Source of the DNA: Candidatus Zhuqueibacterota bacterium
GTDB taxonomy: Bacteria > Zhuqueibacterota > Zhuqueibacteria > Thermofontimicrobiales > Thermofontimicrobiaceae
Direction of reading: 5' to 3'
Length of the DNA: 64,000 nt
Assembly (NCBI GenBank): GCA_049322915.1
Contig: JBMOPW010000014.1
Coordinates: 1,028,224 to 1,092,223, forward strand
Shown: positions 39,470 through 49,004 of the stretch, in pieces
Position numbering within the stretch: position 1 is the stretch's first letter
Layout of the letters: each line of letters starts with the position of its first letter
Notes under the pieces: generated by a model
What the model saw: only the letters and a program-made list of their open reading frames with translations
The model's database searches: none
Told to the model about the DNA's origin: nothing
Translations under genes and position numbers: made by a program

Positions 39470-40112
39470 TCTGCTCAGGTTCTGGGTTTAAAGGTTCAGA
39501 GTTCAGGGTTCAGGTTTCAGGGTTCAGGTTTTAAAAGAATATTCATTTACAACATATAAAAAACGAAGGGATTCTAACCTTGAACCCGGAACTCTGAACC
39601 AGCCAACCGGAGTCGTTACACATTGGTTTTAAAAAAAAGTATCGAATATCGCATTCACCGATTGGAGGAAAAAAATGGACATCCTGCCCAACTTCGTGAC
39701 CTGGTGTCAGTGGCAGTTTTTTACGCCTGAATAATTGCCGACTTTTTTGCATGCCTCCCGGGAATAGTTATCGACGACTGATTGAAATGTGTGAATTAAA
39801 AAAGCGTCGCATTTGTCAGAATCAGCAATTCGCCTGTCGCAGTTGATTTCTGATCATGACTTGAAATGGTGGGGCGCTGCTCCGGTTCCAGGGTTAAAGA
39901 TTCCCGGCTCAGGGTTAATAAGAATATTCGCAACTGTCAGGTTCATCGTTCCAGAGTCCCCGGTTCAAGGTTGAAGAAAGACGGGGGACTCAGGATCAAT
40001 GCTGATCGGATGGAAAACTAACTTCTGGAAACAGGAATACGATCTCATTTATATTTAAAACGTCATTAACAGGGAACCTTGAACCAGGAACCTGCTAACC
40101 TGAGTCGAGACC
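39470..40112. repeat. Intergenic cluster of heptamer-containing (GGTTCAG/CTGAACC) MITE-like elements
   Basis: GGTTCAG-type units at 39478-39530 face complementary TGAACC units at 39580-39600. A related copy spans about 39880-40110. Blocks GAATATTCATTTACAAC and ATTCTAACC...GAGTCGTTAC recur at 47740 and 48083. Confidence 0.65.
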
Positions 40113-40208
40113 AGGGGTGTTAAATTACTGTCATAGATTTATTTTACGTTGCATATTTATGTAATTTATTTAAATTGTAGCTTCGGAACGAATCAGGCGG
40201 AGATGAAC

Positions 40209-43200
40209 ATGACCCATCGAACTAAAAAGACCGGAGACCACATGCCGGACCTGGAGCAATTACAATCGCGCATTTCAGAACTGGAATTGCGGCTGGCGCA
40301 CTATGAAAAAACAGAGCCGATGCTGCCATCGGACGATGTGCTGTTCCGCACCATCACCGAGCAGATCGATGCCGCTGTCATTCTCATCGAGAACGGTAAG
40401 ATCGTTTATACCAATCCCCAAATCGAGAAGATGGTTGGCTACTCAAGCGAGGAGATGCTGCATCGGTCGTTTTTGGACTTCATTGCCGGCGATGAAAAAG
40501 AAATTTCAGCGACATTGTATGAGCAGCGAATGAAGGACAGGGATTATTCCGGCAAGTTCGAACGATCGCTGCTGCATAAAAATGGAAGCACCATCATGGC
40601 AGAAATTTCGGCCAAAGTCATCCCGGTTAATGGGCGGATGGTGAGTCTGATTTCATTTTACGATATCACCTCCCGCAAGCAAAATGAACAGGTGCTATTG
40701 GAAAGTCAGTTCATTCTGAATGAAGCCCAGGAAGTGGCCAATATGGGCAGCTTTGTGTGGAATTTGGAAAGTGATAGACTTGACTGGTCGGAGAACATGC
40801 TCAAAATCGCCGGGCTGAATCACGAGAATTTTATAGGTGCATTGCAGCCAACAATTCAAAGTCTGGTACATCCTGAAGACAGAGCGCGGGTAGCTAAGGA
40901 AATTGCGGACATGCTGAGGCAGAAGCAATCCAGGCCCATGACGTTCCGCATTCTCCGACCCGATGCTTCGGAGCGCGTGCTTCGGTCCTACTCCCGTTTT
41001 TATTTCGATGAGAATGGAGAAGTAAAAAAATGTATCGGCATCCATTTCGACATCACGGAACAGGAGCAGAACAAGGCGAGGCTGAGCCGGCAGGAATCCA
41101 TTTTACACACACTGGTGAACGCGCCCTTTGATACAATGGCCTTGATGGAGAAAGATGGAACCTTGCTGAGCATCAATGAGAAAGGCGCGGAACGCCTCCA
41201 TTCAACCCCGGAGCAGTTGATCGGGAAAAATATTTATGAATTGTTCAGCCAGGAACTGAATCAATCCCGAAGAGGTTATGTGGACCAGGTTTTTCGCACT
41301 GCCCGGCCGGTCAGTTTTGAAGATGAGCGCGAAGGCCGCTATCTCATGAACAGCATCTATCCGGTGCTGGATGCAAATTGTCAAGTCAATCAAGTCGCAG
41401 TGTTCGCGACTGATATTACCGGCCGCAAAATGGCCGAACTCGATCTGAAAAAAAGTGAGCATCTGTTGCGGACGGTGGCGGCGAATTATCCGGCTTACTT
41501 TTCGATCATCGAGAAAGACTTCACAGTCGGCTATACAGCCGGTAGAGAATTCGCCAAACAGAATTTGAATCCGGCTGATTTTATCGGCCGGACGCTGGAG
41601 CAGGTGTTTTCTGAACAGGCGCCGTTTGTCACAGAGCGATATAAGGAGGCATTCGCCGGCGAAGAGGTTACGTTCGAATTATTTATTAATCAACAATACC
41701 AGTTGTACCATGTGGTTCCGCTGAAAGAGGATTCCGGCGCGATCGAACGGATCATGACGGTTGTCGAGAATATCACGGAGCGGAAACAAGCCGAGGAGTT
41801 GCTGAAGGCCAACGAAGAGCGCTATCGGTTTCTGGCTGAGAATACCGCGGATATCGTTTGGATGACTGATTTAAATTTTAATGTAAATTTCATCAGCCCT
41901 TCGATAGAGAAGGTGCTGGGCTTCACGCCTGAAGAACGGATGCAGCAATCCGTGGGACAGATGATGACGCCGGAAAGCTTGCAGGCGGTGATGACGAAAT
42001 TTGCAGACGAAACCCGGCTGGAGGAAGCCGGCGAAGCGACTTACGATCATCTCATCACCATCGAAGTGGAATATTACCACAAGAACGGCTCCACGGTGTG
42101 GATGGAAAATTGCGTCAAAGCGCTGCGGGACGCCGACGGGAAACTCATCGGCATTGGCGGTTCTTCGCGCGATATCAGCGAACGAAAACGGGCGGAAAAA
42201 GTGCTGCGGGAGAGCGAGGAGAAATATCGGATGCTCGTCGAGCGGTCGCTGCAGGGCGTGGTCATTGCTCAGGCCAATCCGGTTCGCCTGAGATTCGCGA
42301 GCACGCCCATGGAAATTATCTCCGGGTATAGCACCGATGAGCTGATACAATTCGATGCAGTGAAACTGAGCCGGCTAATCCATCCGGAGGACAGAGAAGT
42401 ATTTTTCTCCAATTTCAAAAAACGACTTGAGGGTCAGGAAATTCCAGCGCGAGCCCAGTATCGGATCAACCATAAATATGGCGACATCCGCTGGGTGGAA
42501 ATTTACAGCACTCGCATCGAATATGAGGGGCAACCGGCGACTCAGACCGTATTTTTGGATATTACGGAGCGAAAGATTGCCGAAGAAGAACTGCGCTTCA
42601 GTGAAGAGAAATATCGGCGCATTGTGGAGACAGCCAATGAAGGCATCTGGATGATGGATAAAAACTACTGCACCAGTTACGTGAATGAAAAGATGGCGCA
42701 AATTCTGGGCTATTCGGTGCAGGAGATGATCAGTTCGCCCATTCGCTTGTATATCTTTCCGGCGGACTTGCCGGATCAGGAGCAGACATTAAAGCGACGC
42801 GTGCTCGGCGAGAGCGCACAATACGAGCGGCGCTTCCTTCATAAAGATGGTTCGATTCGATGGTTGTATGTTTCAGCCACGCCATTGAAAGACGAACGCG
42901 GTCAATTCGCCGGCTCGTTTGCTATGTTCACGGATATTACCGAGATCAAAAAAACCGAGCAGGAACTCCGCGATAAGCAGAGTGAACTGGAAGAGATACT
43001 GCGCGCGCTTCCCGATGGACTGGTCTACACAGACGTCGACAGGAAAATTGCCAAAGTGAACCCGGCGTTCGAGCGCATGTTTGGCTATCGAGCGGAGGAA
43101 GTGCTCGGTAAAAAAACTGAAATGATCTACGCGAATAAGGATGAATTTACATTGCAGGGATTGATTCGGTTCAATGTCAATGTGGAAGGCTTGTATGATC

Positions 43201-46200
43201 CCTATGAAATAAGCTATGTCCGGAAAGATGGCAGCATTTTCCCCAGTGAAACAGTCGGGACGCCGGTTCATGGCGCTGATGGCAAACCGCTGGGATTTCT
43301 CGGACTGGTGCGGGATATCACCGAGCGCAAGCTCGCTGAAAAGAGAATGCAGGACCACGCCAACGAACTGCAATGGCTGTTCAAAAGCATGATCAATGCG
43401 TTTGTGATATTCGAATCGGTCTTTGATGCGGACGGTCGTTTCATCAGTTACCGGTTCGTCTACATCAACGACGCGTACGAGCGGATCACATCCGTTAAAA
43501 ACGAGGACGTCAAAGGAAAAACAGTGCACGACGTGTGGCCGGAAACTGAGCCAGCCTGGATCGAAAATTATGGCTACGTGGCTGTCACCGGCGTTTCAAA
43601 GACATTTGATTTGTACCATGGCCCCACCGGAAAACTGTACCACTGCAATGTGTATCGGCCCTGGGATTCGCCGGATCGGTTCTGTGTCATTTTTGAAGAC
43701 ATCACAGAGCGGGAAAAGTCGGAACGGACGCTGCGGGAGAGCGAAGAGCGCTACCGCGTCATGTTTGAAACAGCTCATGACGCGATTTTTGTGGCGGATC
43801 CCCAAAGCGGCACACTGCTTGATTTGAATATAAAGGCGGAAAAGCTGACAGGTTACACGCGCGAAGAACTCATTGGTAAACACCAGTCGTTCCTGCATCC
43901 GAAGGAGAGGAAGCAGTTGACCCGCGATACATTCCACCAGGCGACCCGGGAACGGGGCACCATTTTTACAGAAGTTGAAGTTCTGACAAAGGATGGAAAA
44001 CTAATTCCGATTGAGGTGAGCTCCGGCGGAACCGTGACCATCGGCGGCCGCGATGTGCACTTTGGAATTTTCCGGGACATTACCAGACGAAAGAAGGCCG
44101 AACAAGAACTCCGCGAGAGCGAGCAGCGTTTCCGTTCGTTGTACGAAAACGCAACGGTCGGTTTGTATCAGACCACGCCGGAGGGAAAAATATTGCTCGC
44201 CAATTCAGCGATTGTGAAGATGCTGGGCTACACTTCCATCGCTGATTTGTCCAGACGGAATTTGAATAAAGCTGGCTATGACCCACAACACCCAAGAGAA
44301 TCGTTCATCAAACGGGTCGAGGAGAAGGGAGAAATTATCGGATTTGAGTCGGCCTGGGTGGCGAAATCAGGCAAAGTCATCTATGTACGGGAGAGCGCCC
44401 GGGCGATTCGGGACGAATCCGGCAAGACGCTGTATTACGAGGGGACGGTCGAGGATATTACTGAGCGGAGAAAGGCGGAAATCGCCCTGATTCAGAGCGA
44501 GGGGAGATATCGGGAACTGTTCGATGAAGCGCCGGTGGGCTACCATGAAATTGACGCCCGTGGCTGCATCCGGCAGGTGAATTCGACGGAACTGGAAATG
44601 CTGGGGTATTCGAAGGAAGAAATGGTTGGCACGTTCATCTGGAAATTTATTGCTGAACCTGAAGCGCGAGCCAGTGTGCTGAAAAAGGTAAAAGGACAAC
44701 TTGCGCCGGGGAAAGGCTATGAGCGCACATTCATTCGCAAAGACGGCTCCCGTTTCAGCGCGCTGGTCGAAGATCGGCTGCTGCAAAACGAACAGGGCGA
44801 GAATGCTGGAATGCGCGCCACGATTCAGGATATCACCCAACTGAAGCGCGTTCAAAATGAACTCAGGTCGCATCTGGAATTTTTCAAAATCCTCATCGAC
44901 ACCATGCCCAATCCCATATTCTACAAAGACGTTCAGGGCCGCTATCTGGGATGCAATGAGGCGTTTGCATCGGAAATTCTGGGCAGGAAAAAAGAGGAGA
45001 TCATCGGCAAAACCATCAGGGAAATACCGGATACGATTCCTGACGATGTGGCGGAAATTTATCATGAACGGGATATGGAGCTTCTGAAGAATCCCGGCAG
45101 GCAAATTTACGAGACCAATGTGCTCACCGCCAGTGGGGATAAAAAGGATTTCATCCTCAGCAAAGCGACTTACAACGATCTCAATGGTCGTGTGGCGGGT
45201 ATGGTCGGGGTGATGGTGAATATTACAGAGACGAAAAAGTTGCAGGTTCAACTCCAGCAATCTCTGAAAATGGAAGCCATTGGTCGGCTGGCCGGGGGCA
45301 TTGCCCACGATTTCAATAATTTGCTGACAGCGATTCTGGGCAATGCGGAATTCGCCCTGGATCGGCTGAGTCAGAATAATCCCATGCGCGATGAACTGAA
45401 TGAAATACGAAAAGCCGGCAATCGCGCGGCTGCGTTGACCCAGCAATTGCTGGCGTTCAGCCGGAAACAACCGTTGAAGCGAAAGGTGACCAACCTGAAT
45501 CATGTCGTCACCAACATCAAGAAAATGATCCAGCGAATCATCGGCGAAGACATTCATCTCGTCACCAGTCTGGACGAGAGTTTGAGTTCCTGTTATGTGG
45601 ACCCGTCTCAGGTGGAACAGGTGATAATGAATCTGTCGGTGAATGCGCGGGATGCCATGGTCAGCGGAGGCACCCTGTCCATTGGGACGGAGAATATCAC
45701 GCTGGACGCTATCAAATCTGACAAGAATAAAATGGTGAAGGCAGTCAGTTTGGTCATCCAGGACAACGGAGCCGGCATGGACAAAGAGACGCTGGCGCGA
45801 ATATTCGATCCGTTTTTCACGACCAAAGGTCCCGGCGGCGGCACCGGACTGGGTCTTTCGGTGGTTCAGGGAATCGTTGAGCAGCATGAAGGATGGATAC
45901 AGGTGGACAGCGAGGTGGGCGTTGGCACCACATTTCGCGTCTGCTTTCCCGGCATTTCAGCGAAGGTTGAGGCCGAAATGGTCGAGCCTGTTGCAATCAA
46001 AGCCTACCAGGGAAAGAGCGAGCGCATTCTGCTCGTGGAAGATGAAGAGGATGTTCGTAATTTCATCAGCAAAATTTTGACCTGGTACAACTACGCCGTG
46101 GTGAGTGCGGAGGACGCGACCCGGGCGTTGCAGATTTTCGAAAAGGAAAATGGGGAATTCGATCTGGTGCTGAGCGACGTCGTGCTGCCGGATAAAAGCG

Positions 46201-46388
46201 GTCATGATCTGGTGCGGCATCTGCTCAAAATTAAACCCGGCCTGCGGGTGCTCCTCAGCAGCGGCTACATGGACGAAAAAGGTGACTGGGAGAGGATTCA
46301 GGCGCACGGTTTGCCATTTTTGCAGAAGCCGTACGATTTGTTCGAACTGCTCGATACAATTAAAAAGGTACTGTCCGACGCGTTGTGA
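40209..46388 (+). CDS. Cytoplasmic hybrid sensor histidine kinase: about 13 PAS/PAC domains, HisKA, HATPase, REC
   Basis: Thirteen (D/N)I(T/S)xxx PAC ends, GIAHDFNNLL, NARDAM, DNGAGM, PFFTTK, GTGLGL and a C-terminal receiver; no TM helix. Start uncertain (ORF track 40149; GGAG precedes ATG 40209). Confidence 0.95.
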   Translation: MTHRTKKTGDHMPDLEQLQSRISELELRLAHYEKTEPMLPSDDVLFRTITEQIDAAVILIENGKIVYTNPQIEKMVGYSSEEMLHRSFLDFIAGDEKEISATLYEQRMKDRDYSGKFERSLLHKNGSTIMAEISAKVIPVNGRMVSLISFYDITSRKQNEQVLLESQFILNEAQEVANMGSFVWNLESDRLDWSENMLKIAGLNHENFIGALQPTIQSLVHPEDRARVAKEIADMLRQKQSRPMTFRILRPDASERVLRSYSRFYFDENGEVKKCIGIHFDITEQEQNKARLSRQESILHTLVNAPFDTMALMEKDGTLLSINEKGAERLHSTPEQLIGKNIYELFSQELNQSRRGYVDQVFRTARPVSFEDEREGRYLMNSIYPVLDANCQVNQVAVFATDITGRKMAELDLKKSEHLLRTVAANYPAYFSIIEKDFTVGYTAGREFAKQNLNPADFIGRTLEQVFSEQAPFVTERYKEAFAGEEVTFELFINQQYQLYHVVPLKEDSGAIERIMTVVENITERKQAEELLKANEERYRFLAENTADIVWMTDLNFNVNFISPSIEKVLGFTPEERMQQSVGQMMTPESLQAVMTKFADETRLEEAGEATYDHLITIEVEYYHKNGSTVWMENCVKALRDADGKLIGIGGSSRDISERKRAEKVLRESEEKYRMLVERSLQGVVIAQANPVRLRFASTPMEIISGYSTDELIQFDAVKLSRLIHPEDREVFFSNFKKRLEGQEIPARAQYRINHKYGDIRWVEIYSTRIEYEGQPATQTVFLDITERKIAEEELRFSEEKYRRIVETANEGIWMMDKNYCTSYVNEKMAQILGYSVQEMISSPIRLYIFPADLPDQEQTLKRRVLGESAQYERRFLHKDGSIRWLYVSATPLKDERGQFAGSFAMFTDITEIKKTEQELRDKQSELEEILRALPDGLVYTDVDRKIAKVNPAFERMFGYRAEEVLGKKTEMIYANKDEFTLQGLIRFNVNVEGLYDPYEISYVRKDGSIFPSETVGTPVHGADGKPLGFLGLVRDITERKLAEKRMQDHANELQWLFKSMINAFVIFESVFDADGRFISYRFVYINDAYERITSVKNEDVKGKTVHDVWPETEPAWIENYGYVAVTGVSKTFDLYHGPTGKLYHCNVYRPWDSPDRFCVIFEDITEREKSERTLRESEERYRVMFETAHDAIFVADPQSGTLLDLNIKAEKLTGYTREELIGKHQSFLHPKERKQLTRDTFHQATRERGTIFTEVEVLTKDGKLIPIEVSSGGTVTIGGRDVHFGIFRDITRRKKAEQELRESEQRFRSLYENATVGLYQTTPEGKILLANSAIVKMLGYTSIADLSRRNLNKAGYDPQHPRESFIKRVEEKGEIIGFESAWVAKSGKVIYVRESARAIRDESGKTLYYEGTVEDITERRKAEIALIQSEGRYRELFDEAPVGYHEIDARGCIRQVNSTELEMLGYSKEEMVGTFIWKFIAEPEARASVLKKVKGQLAPGKGYERTFIRKDGSRFSALVEDRLLQNEQGENAGMRATIQDITQLKRVQNELRSHLEFFKILIDTMPNPIFYKDVQGRYLGCNEAFASEILGRKKEEIIGKTIREIPDTIPDDVAEIYHERDMELLKNPGRQIYETNVLTASGDKKDFILSKATYNDLNGRVAGMVGVMVNITETKKLQVQLQQSLKMEAIGRLAGGIAHDFNNLLTAILGNAEFALDRLSQNNPMRDELNEIRKAGNRAAALTQQLLAFSRKQPLKRKVTNLNHVVTNIKKMIQRIIGEDIHLVTSLDESLSSCYVDPSQVEQVIMNLSVNARDAMVSGGTLSIGTENITLDAIKSDKNKMVKAVSLVIQDNGAGMDKETLARIFDPFFTTKGPGGGTGLGLSVVQGIVEQHEGWIQVDSEVGVGTTFRVCFPGISAKVEAEMVEPVAIKAYQGKSERILLVEDEEDVRNFISKILTWYNYAVVSAEDATRALQIFEKENGEFDLVLSDVVLPDKSGHDLVRHLLKIKPGLRVLLSSGYMDEKGDWERIQAHGLPFLQKPYDLFELLDTIKKVLSDAL

Positions 46389-46468
46389 CAGACAGCGCCG
46401 GCGCACTGAGCCTGTCGGCTGGAATTGAATGATAATCCGGCGAGGCGCTGGTCAGTGCTATCCATGGC

Positions 46469-47563
46469 TCAATCGGATTGCCTCATCTTTTTCAGGGCAG
46501 GAAAAATTTTGTGCACAGCTTTGTGAAATGCGAACGCGTCCAACTGGTCGACCGTGATCCAGCGGTGGGACGCATGATCCGTCAACAACACGGTCCCCCG
46601 GATGTAGCGAGCCAGATGGGCGACCATCTCGATTTTGAAATGGCTGTAGGCGTGCTTCACCGTGGTGAGGTATTTTTCGATGCGGATATCAACGCCGGTT
46701 TTTTCCCTGATTATCCGACTGCACGCGCTGCGCGCGGACTCCACCTCCTTCATTGTCTCCACTTTCCCGCCGGGAAATTCCCAGAGACCGCCCAATAATC
46801 CCTCCTGATGGCGCTGCACAATGAGCATTTCATCCCCCCGAAAAATAATTGCCACAACGATGGTGTAATTCGGGATCTGTTTGGGTCTGGCCGTTACCGG
46901 GTACCGCTGCACGGATCCAGTCTGAAAACTCAGACAGAAGTTCGAGACCGGGCAGTCGCTGCACCGTGGCGCTTGCGGCGTACACATGATAGCGCCCAAT
47001 TCCATCATGGCCTGGTTGAAATCGCCGGGCGAGCGCGGTTCCAATAATTCGTCGGCATGGCTTCGAAACACTTTCTGCGCCGCGCTGCTGTTCAGCGGGG
47101 CATCGATTTGAAAAAGCCTGGCCAGAACCCGTTTCACGTTTCCATCGACAACAGCGCAGCTTTCCTGAAAAGCCTGACTGGCCACGGCTGCGGCAATGTA
47201 TTCGCCGACCCCGGGCAACTTTCTGATCTCTGCGCAGGTCGACGGGACGCTCCCATCAAATTCCTGTGCGACCTGCTGCGCCGCTCGGTGAAGATTCCGG
47301 GCGCGCGCGTAATACCCCAAACCTTCCCACGCTTTGAGCACCTGCTGGATATCGGCGCGGGCTAAGGCGCTCACATCCGGGAACAGCCTCATAAAGTTGG
47401 TGAAATAGGCGGTCACTTTTATAACCTGAGTCTGTTGAAGCATCACTTCGGAAACCCAGATGGCGTAGGCGTCCCGGCTTTGCCGCCACGGCAGGGAGCG
47501 CTGGTGGGTGGCAAACCAGGCGAGTAGCGCGTCTCGAAATTTTTGCAGGGAGTGATCCTTCAT
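46469..47563 (-). CDS. mutY: A/G-specific adenine glycosylase
   Basis: WVSEVMLQQT, WEGLGYYARARNL, LPGVG, DGNVKRV, CTPQAPRCSDCPVSNFC (4Fe-4S) and NUDIX-like LWEFPGG. Confidence 0.96.
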   Translation of the reverse strand: MKDHSLQKFRDALLAWFATHQRSLPWRQSRDAYAIWVSEVMLQQTQVIKVTAYFTNFMRLFPDVSALARADIQQVLKAWEGLGYYARARNLHRAAQQVAQEFDGSVPSTCAEIRKLPGVGEYIAAAVASQAFQESCAVVDGNVKRVLARLFQIDAPLNSSAAQKVFRSHADELLEPRSPGDFNQAMMELGAIMCTPQAPRCSDCPVSNFCLSFQTGSVQRYPVTARPKQIPNYTIVVAIIFRGDEMLIVQRHQEGLLGGLWEFPGGKVETMKEVESARSACSRIIREKTGVDIRIEKYLTTVKHAYSHFKIEMVAHLARYIRGTVLLTDHASHRWITVDQLDAFAFHKAVHKIFPALKKMRQSD

Positions 47564-47806
47564 TGGCTGAGTTGACGATTCAGGGCAAAATAAAAATTGA
47601 GGTGACTGGTTAGGTTCCAGGTTTAAAGGTTCCCGGTTCTGGATTGAAGAGAATTTTCGTCGCTATTCAGGCATATAGTCTTGCCACGAAGATGTATCTT
47701 TTCCTTCGTGCCTTTGAGACTTGGTGGCTGAACAGATACGAATATTCATTTACAACCTGAATTTCTAAAATGAAATATCAAAAGAGCGCATAACGTATTA
47801 TTTTGG

Positions 47807-47862
47807 TATGGAGTGCATCGACTGTGTCGATGCTTGAATTGACACAGTCAATTCACTCCATA
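47807..47862. repeat. REP-doublet-like palindrome
   Basis: TATGGAGTG...CACTCCATA enclosing hairpins GCATCGAC-tgt-GTCGATGC and GAATTGAC-aca-GTCAATTC. Confidence 0.65.
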
Positions 47863-47987
47863 TTTCATTAGAAATTAAATAGCTAAATTTGATTAAAAAA
47901 ATCCAGTTAAGAAATTTAAGTACAAAATATTAATAATATGAATAACCAGTTAAAATTTTGGCGTCCCTATTATTATTGGATATACGC

Positions 47988-48015
47988 GTAGTGGACGGTC
48001 GCGACCGTCCCCTAC
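47988..48015. repeat. GTAG-type REP-like palindrome
   Basis: GTAGTGGACGGTCGCGACCGTCCCCTAC with a perfect 18-bp core palindrome GGACGGTCGCGACCGTCC. Confidence 0.7.
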
Positions 48016-48208
48016 AGATACGAAAAAGTATCGAATTTATTGCAATTGCTGTCAACTGGTCATTCATATTAATAATGAAATTATTCTAACCCTGAACCAG
48101 CCAGCCTGAGTCGTTACGAATTGAGTATCGCGTTTCGTTGGGAGAATCAGTGCCAACGCTCCGGCGTCGTTGGCAGTGTTGACAGGGGTGAATCGATCGA
48201 TGCCTGGC

Positions 48209-48814
48209 TCAATACTTCCGAATCACCGCCCGCACCAGGCCGATGACGCTGAAATTCTTCTCGTCGGACTTGACATAGATCGGCTGATACAGCGGATTCT
48301 CCGATTGCAGCACAGTACGCCCCGGTTCGGCAACAAGGCGCTTCACCAGCAAATTGCCGTTCAGCGCGATGAGCATCAGATGCCCATCCCTCACCCCATG
48401 GCATCGCTCGAAAATGACGAGATCGCCGGGACGAAGGCCGGCATCCTGCACCGGTTGCGTGTTGATCCGAATGGCGAAAACCTCGCCCTCGCCAGTCAGT
48501 TTGGCGTCCAGCAGCAGTTCTTCCGCGACATTGGACTGAAACGCCATCGGATCGCCGAGCACCGGGACAGGGCGCACCTTCACTGGTTTCGTTTCGCTGC
48601 CGGTCAGGATTTCGATGGCGCGTGACCCGCCCCGTTTCTTCCTGAAAATGTAGCCCTTCTTTTCCAGATAGCTGAGCAGTTGGTGCACATTGCCCAGAGA
48701 GCCGAATCCCTGCCGCTGCAACTCGCGCACTGTGGGCGGGTAGCCGTTGGCTTTAATATTGTACTGAATCGCGCCTAAAAGTTCGCGTTGCCGGGGAGTT
48801 AATTGGTCGGGCAT
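48209..48814 (-). CDS. LexA-like repressor (winged helix plus S24 domain) lacking the autocleavage site and catalytic Ser
   Basis: LTPRQ...GYPPTVREL...LEKKGYI...SRAIEI; VPVLG-DP with no VAAG; INTQPV in place of VxGDSM; GDLVI, LVKR and SENPLY retained. Start set at MPDQLT (48814). Confidence 0.85.
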   Translation of the reverse strand: MPDQLTPRQRELLGAIQYNIKANGYPPTVRELQRQGFGSLGNVHQLLSYLEKKGYIFRKKRGGSRAIEILTGSETKPVKVRPVPVLGDPMAFQSNVAEELLLDAKLTGEGEVFAIRINTQPVQDAGLRPGDLVIFERCHGVRDGHLMLIALNGNLLVKRLVAEPGRTVLQSENPLYQPIYVKSDEKNFSVIGLVRAVIRKY

Positions 48815-49004
48815 TGTCTCACCATTTTGCTGGATTCGAGTCTTTTCGGAACAGCCAGTTGCCGGGAGCTGGCGCAACGGCTGAGGTTGTAACACCATTC
48901 CTTCATCGGGTTCGCAGACTTCACGAAAATCTCATTTCATCGGATCGTTGTTTCTATTTCGGGCGAACGTCGGGATCTGCATCGACCTCACTCATCGGCT
49001 CCCA

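Larger units (their letters stand above)
47606..48117. repeat. Nested repeat region: heptamer element carrying internal MITE- and REP-like insertions
   Basis: Same termini as the 39470-39619 element. Insert 47659-47739 is flanked by GAATTTTC/GAATATTC. Further palindromes at 47807-47862 and 47988-48015. Confidence 0.6.

Noticed and set aside
39470..40112. CRISPR array or coding ORFs in the repeat region
   Set aside because: The repeats are degenerate 7-mers without unique spacers and no cas genes are present. The short ORFs merely translate the repeats.
44367..45887. 506-aa minus-strand ORF
   Set aside because: Antisense shadow of the hybrid kinase; no motifs.
48209..48814. Assigning the symbol lexA
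   Set aside because: The cleavage site and catalytic Ser are missing, so orthology to the SOS repressor is not established.
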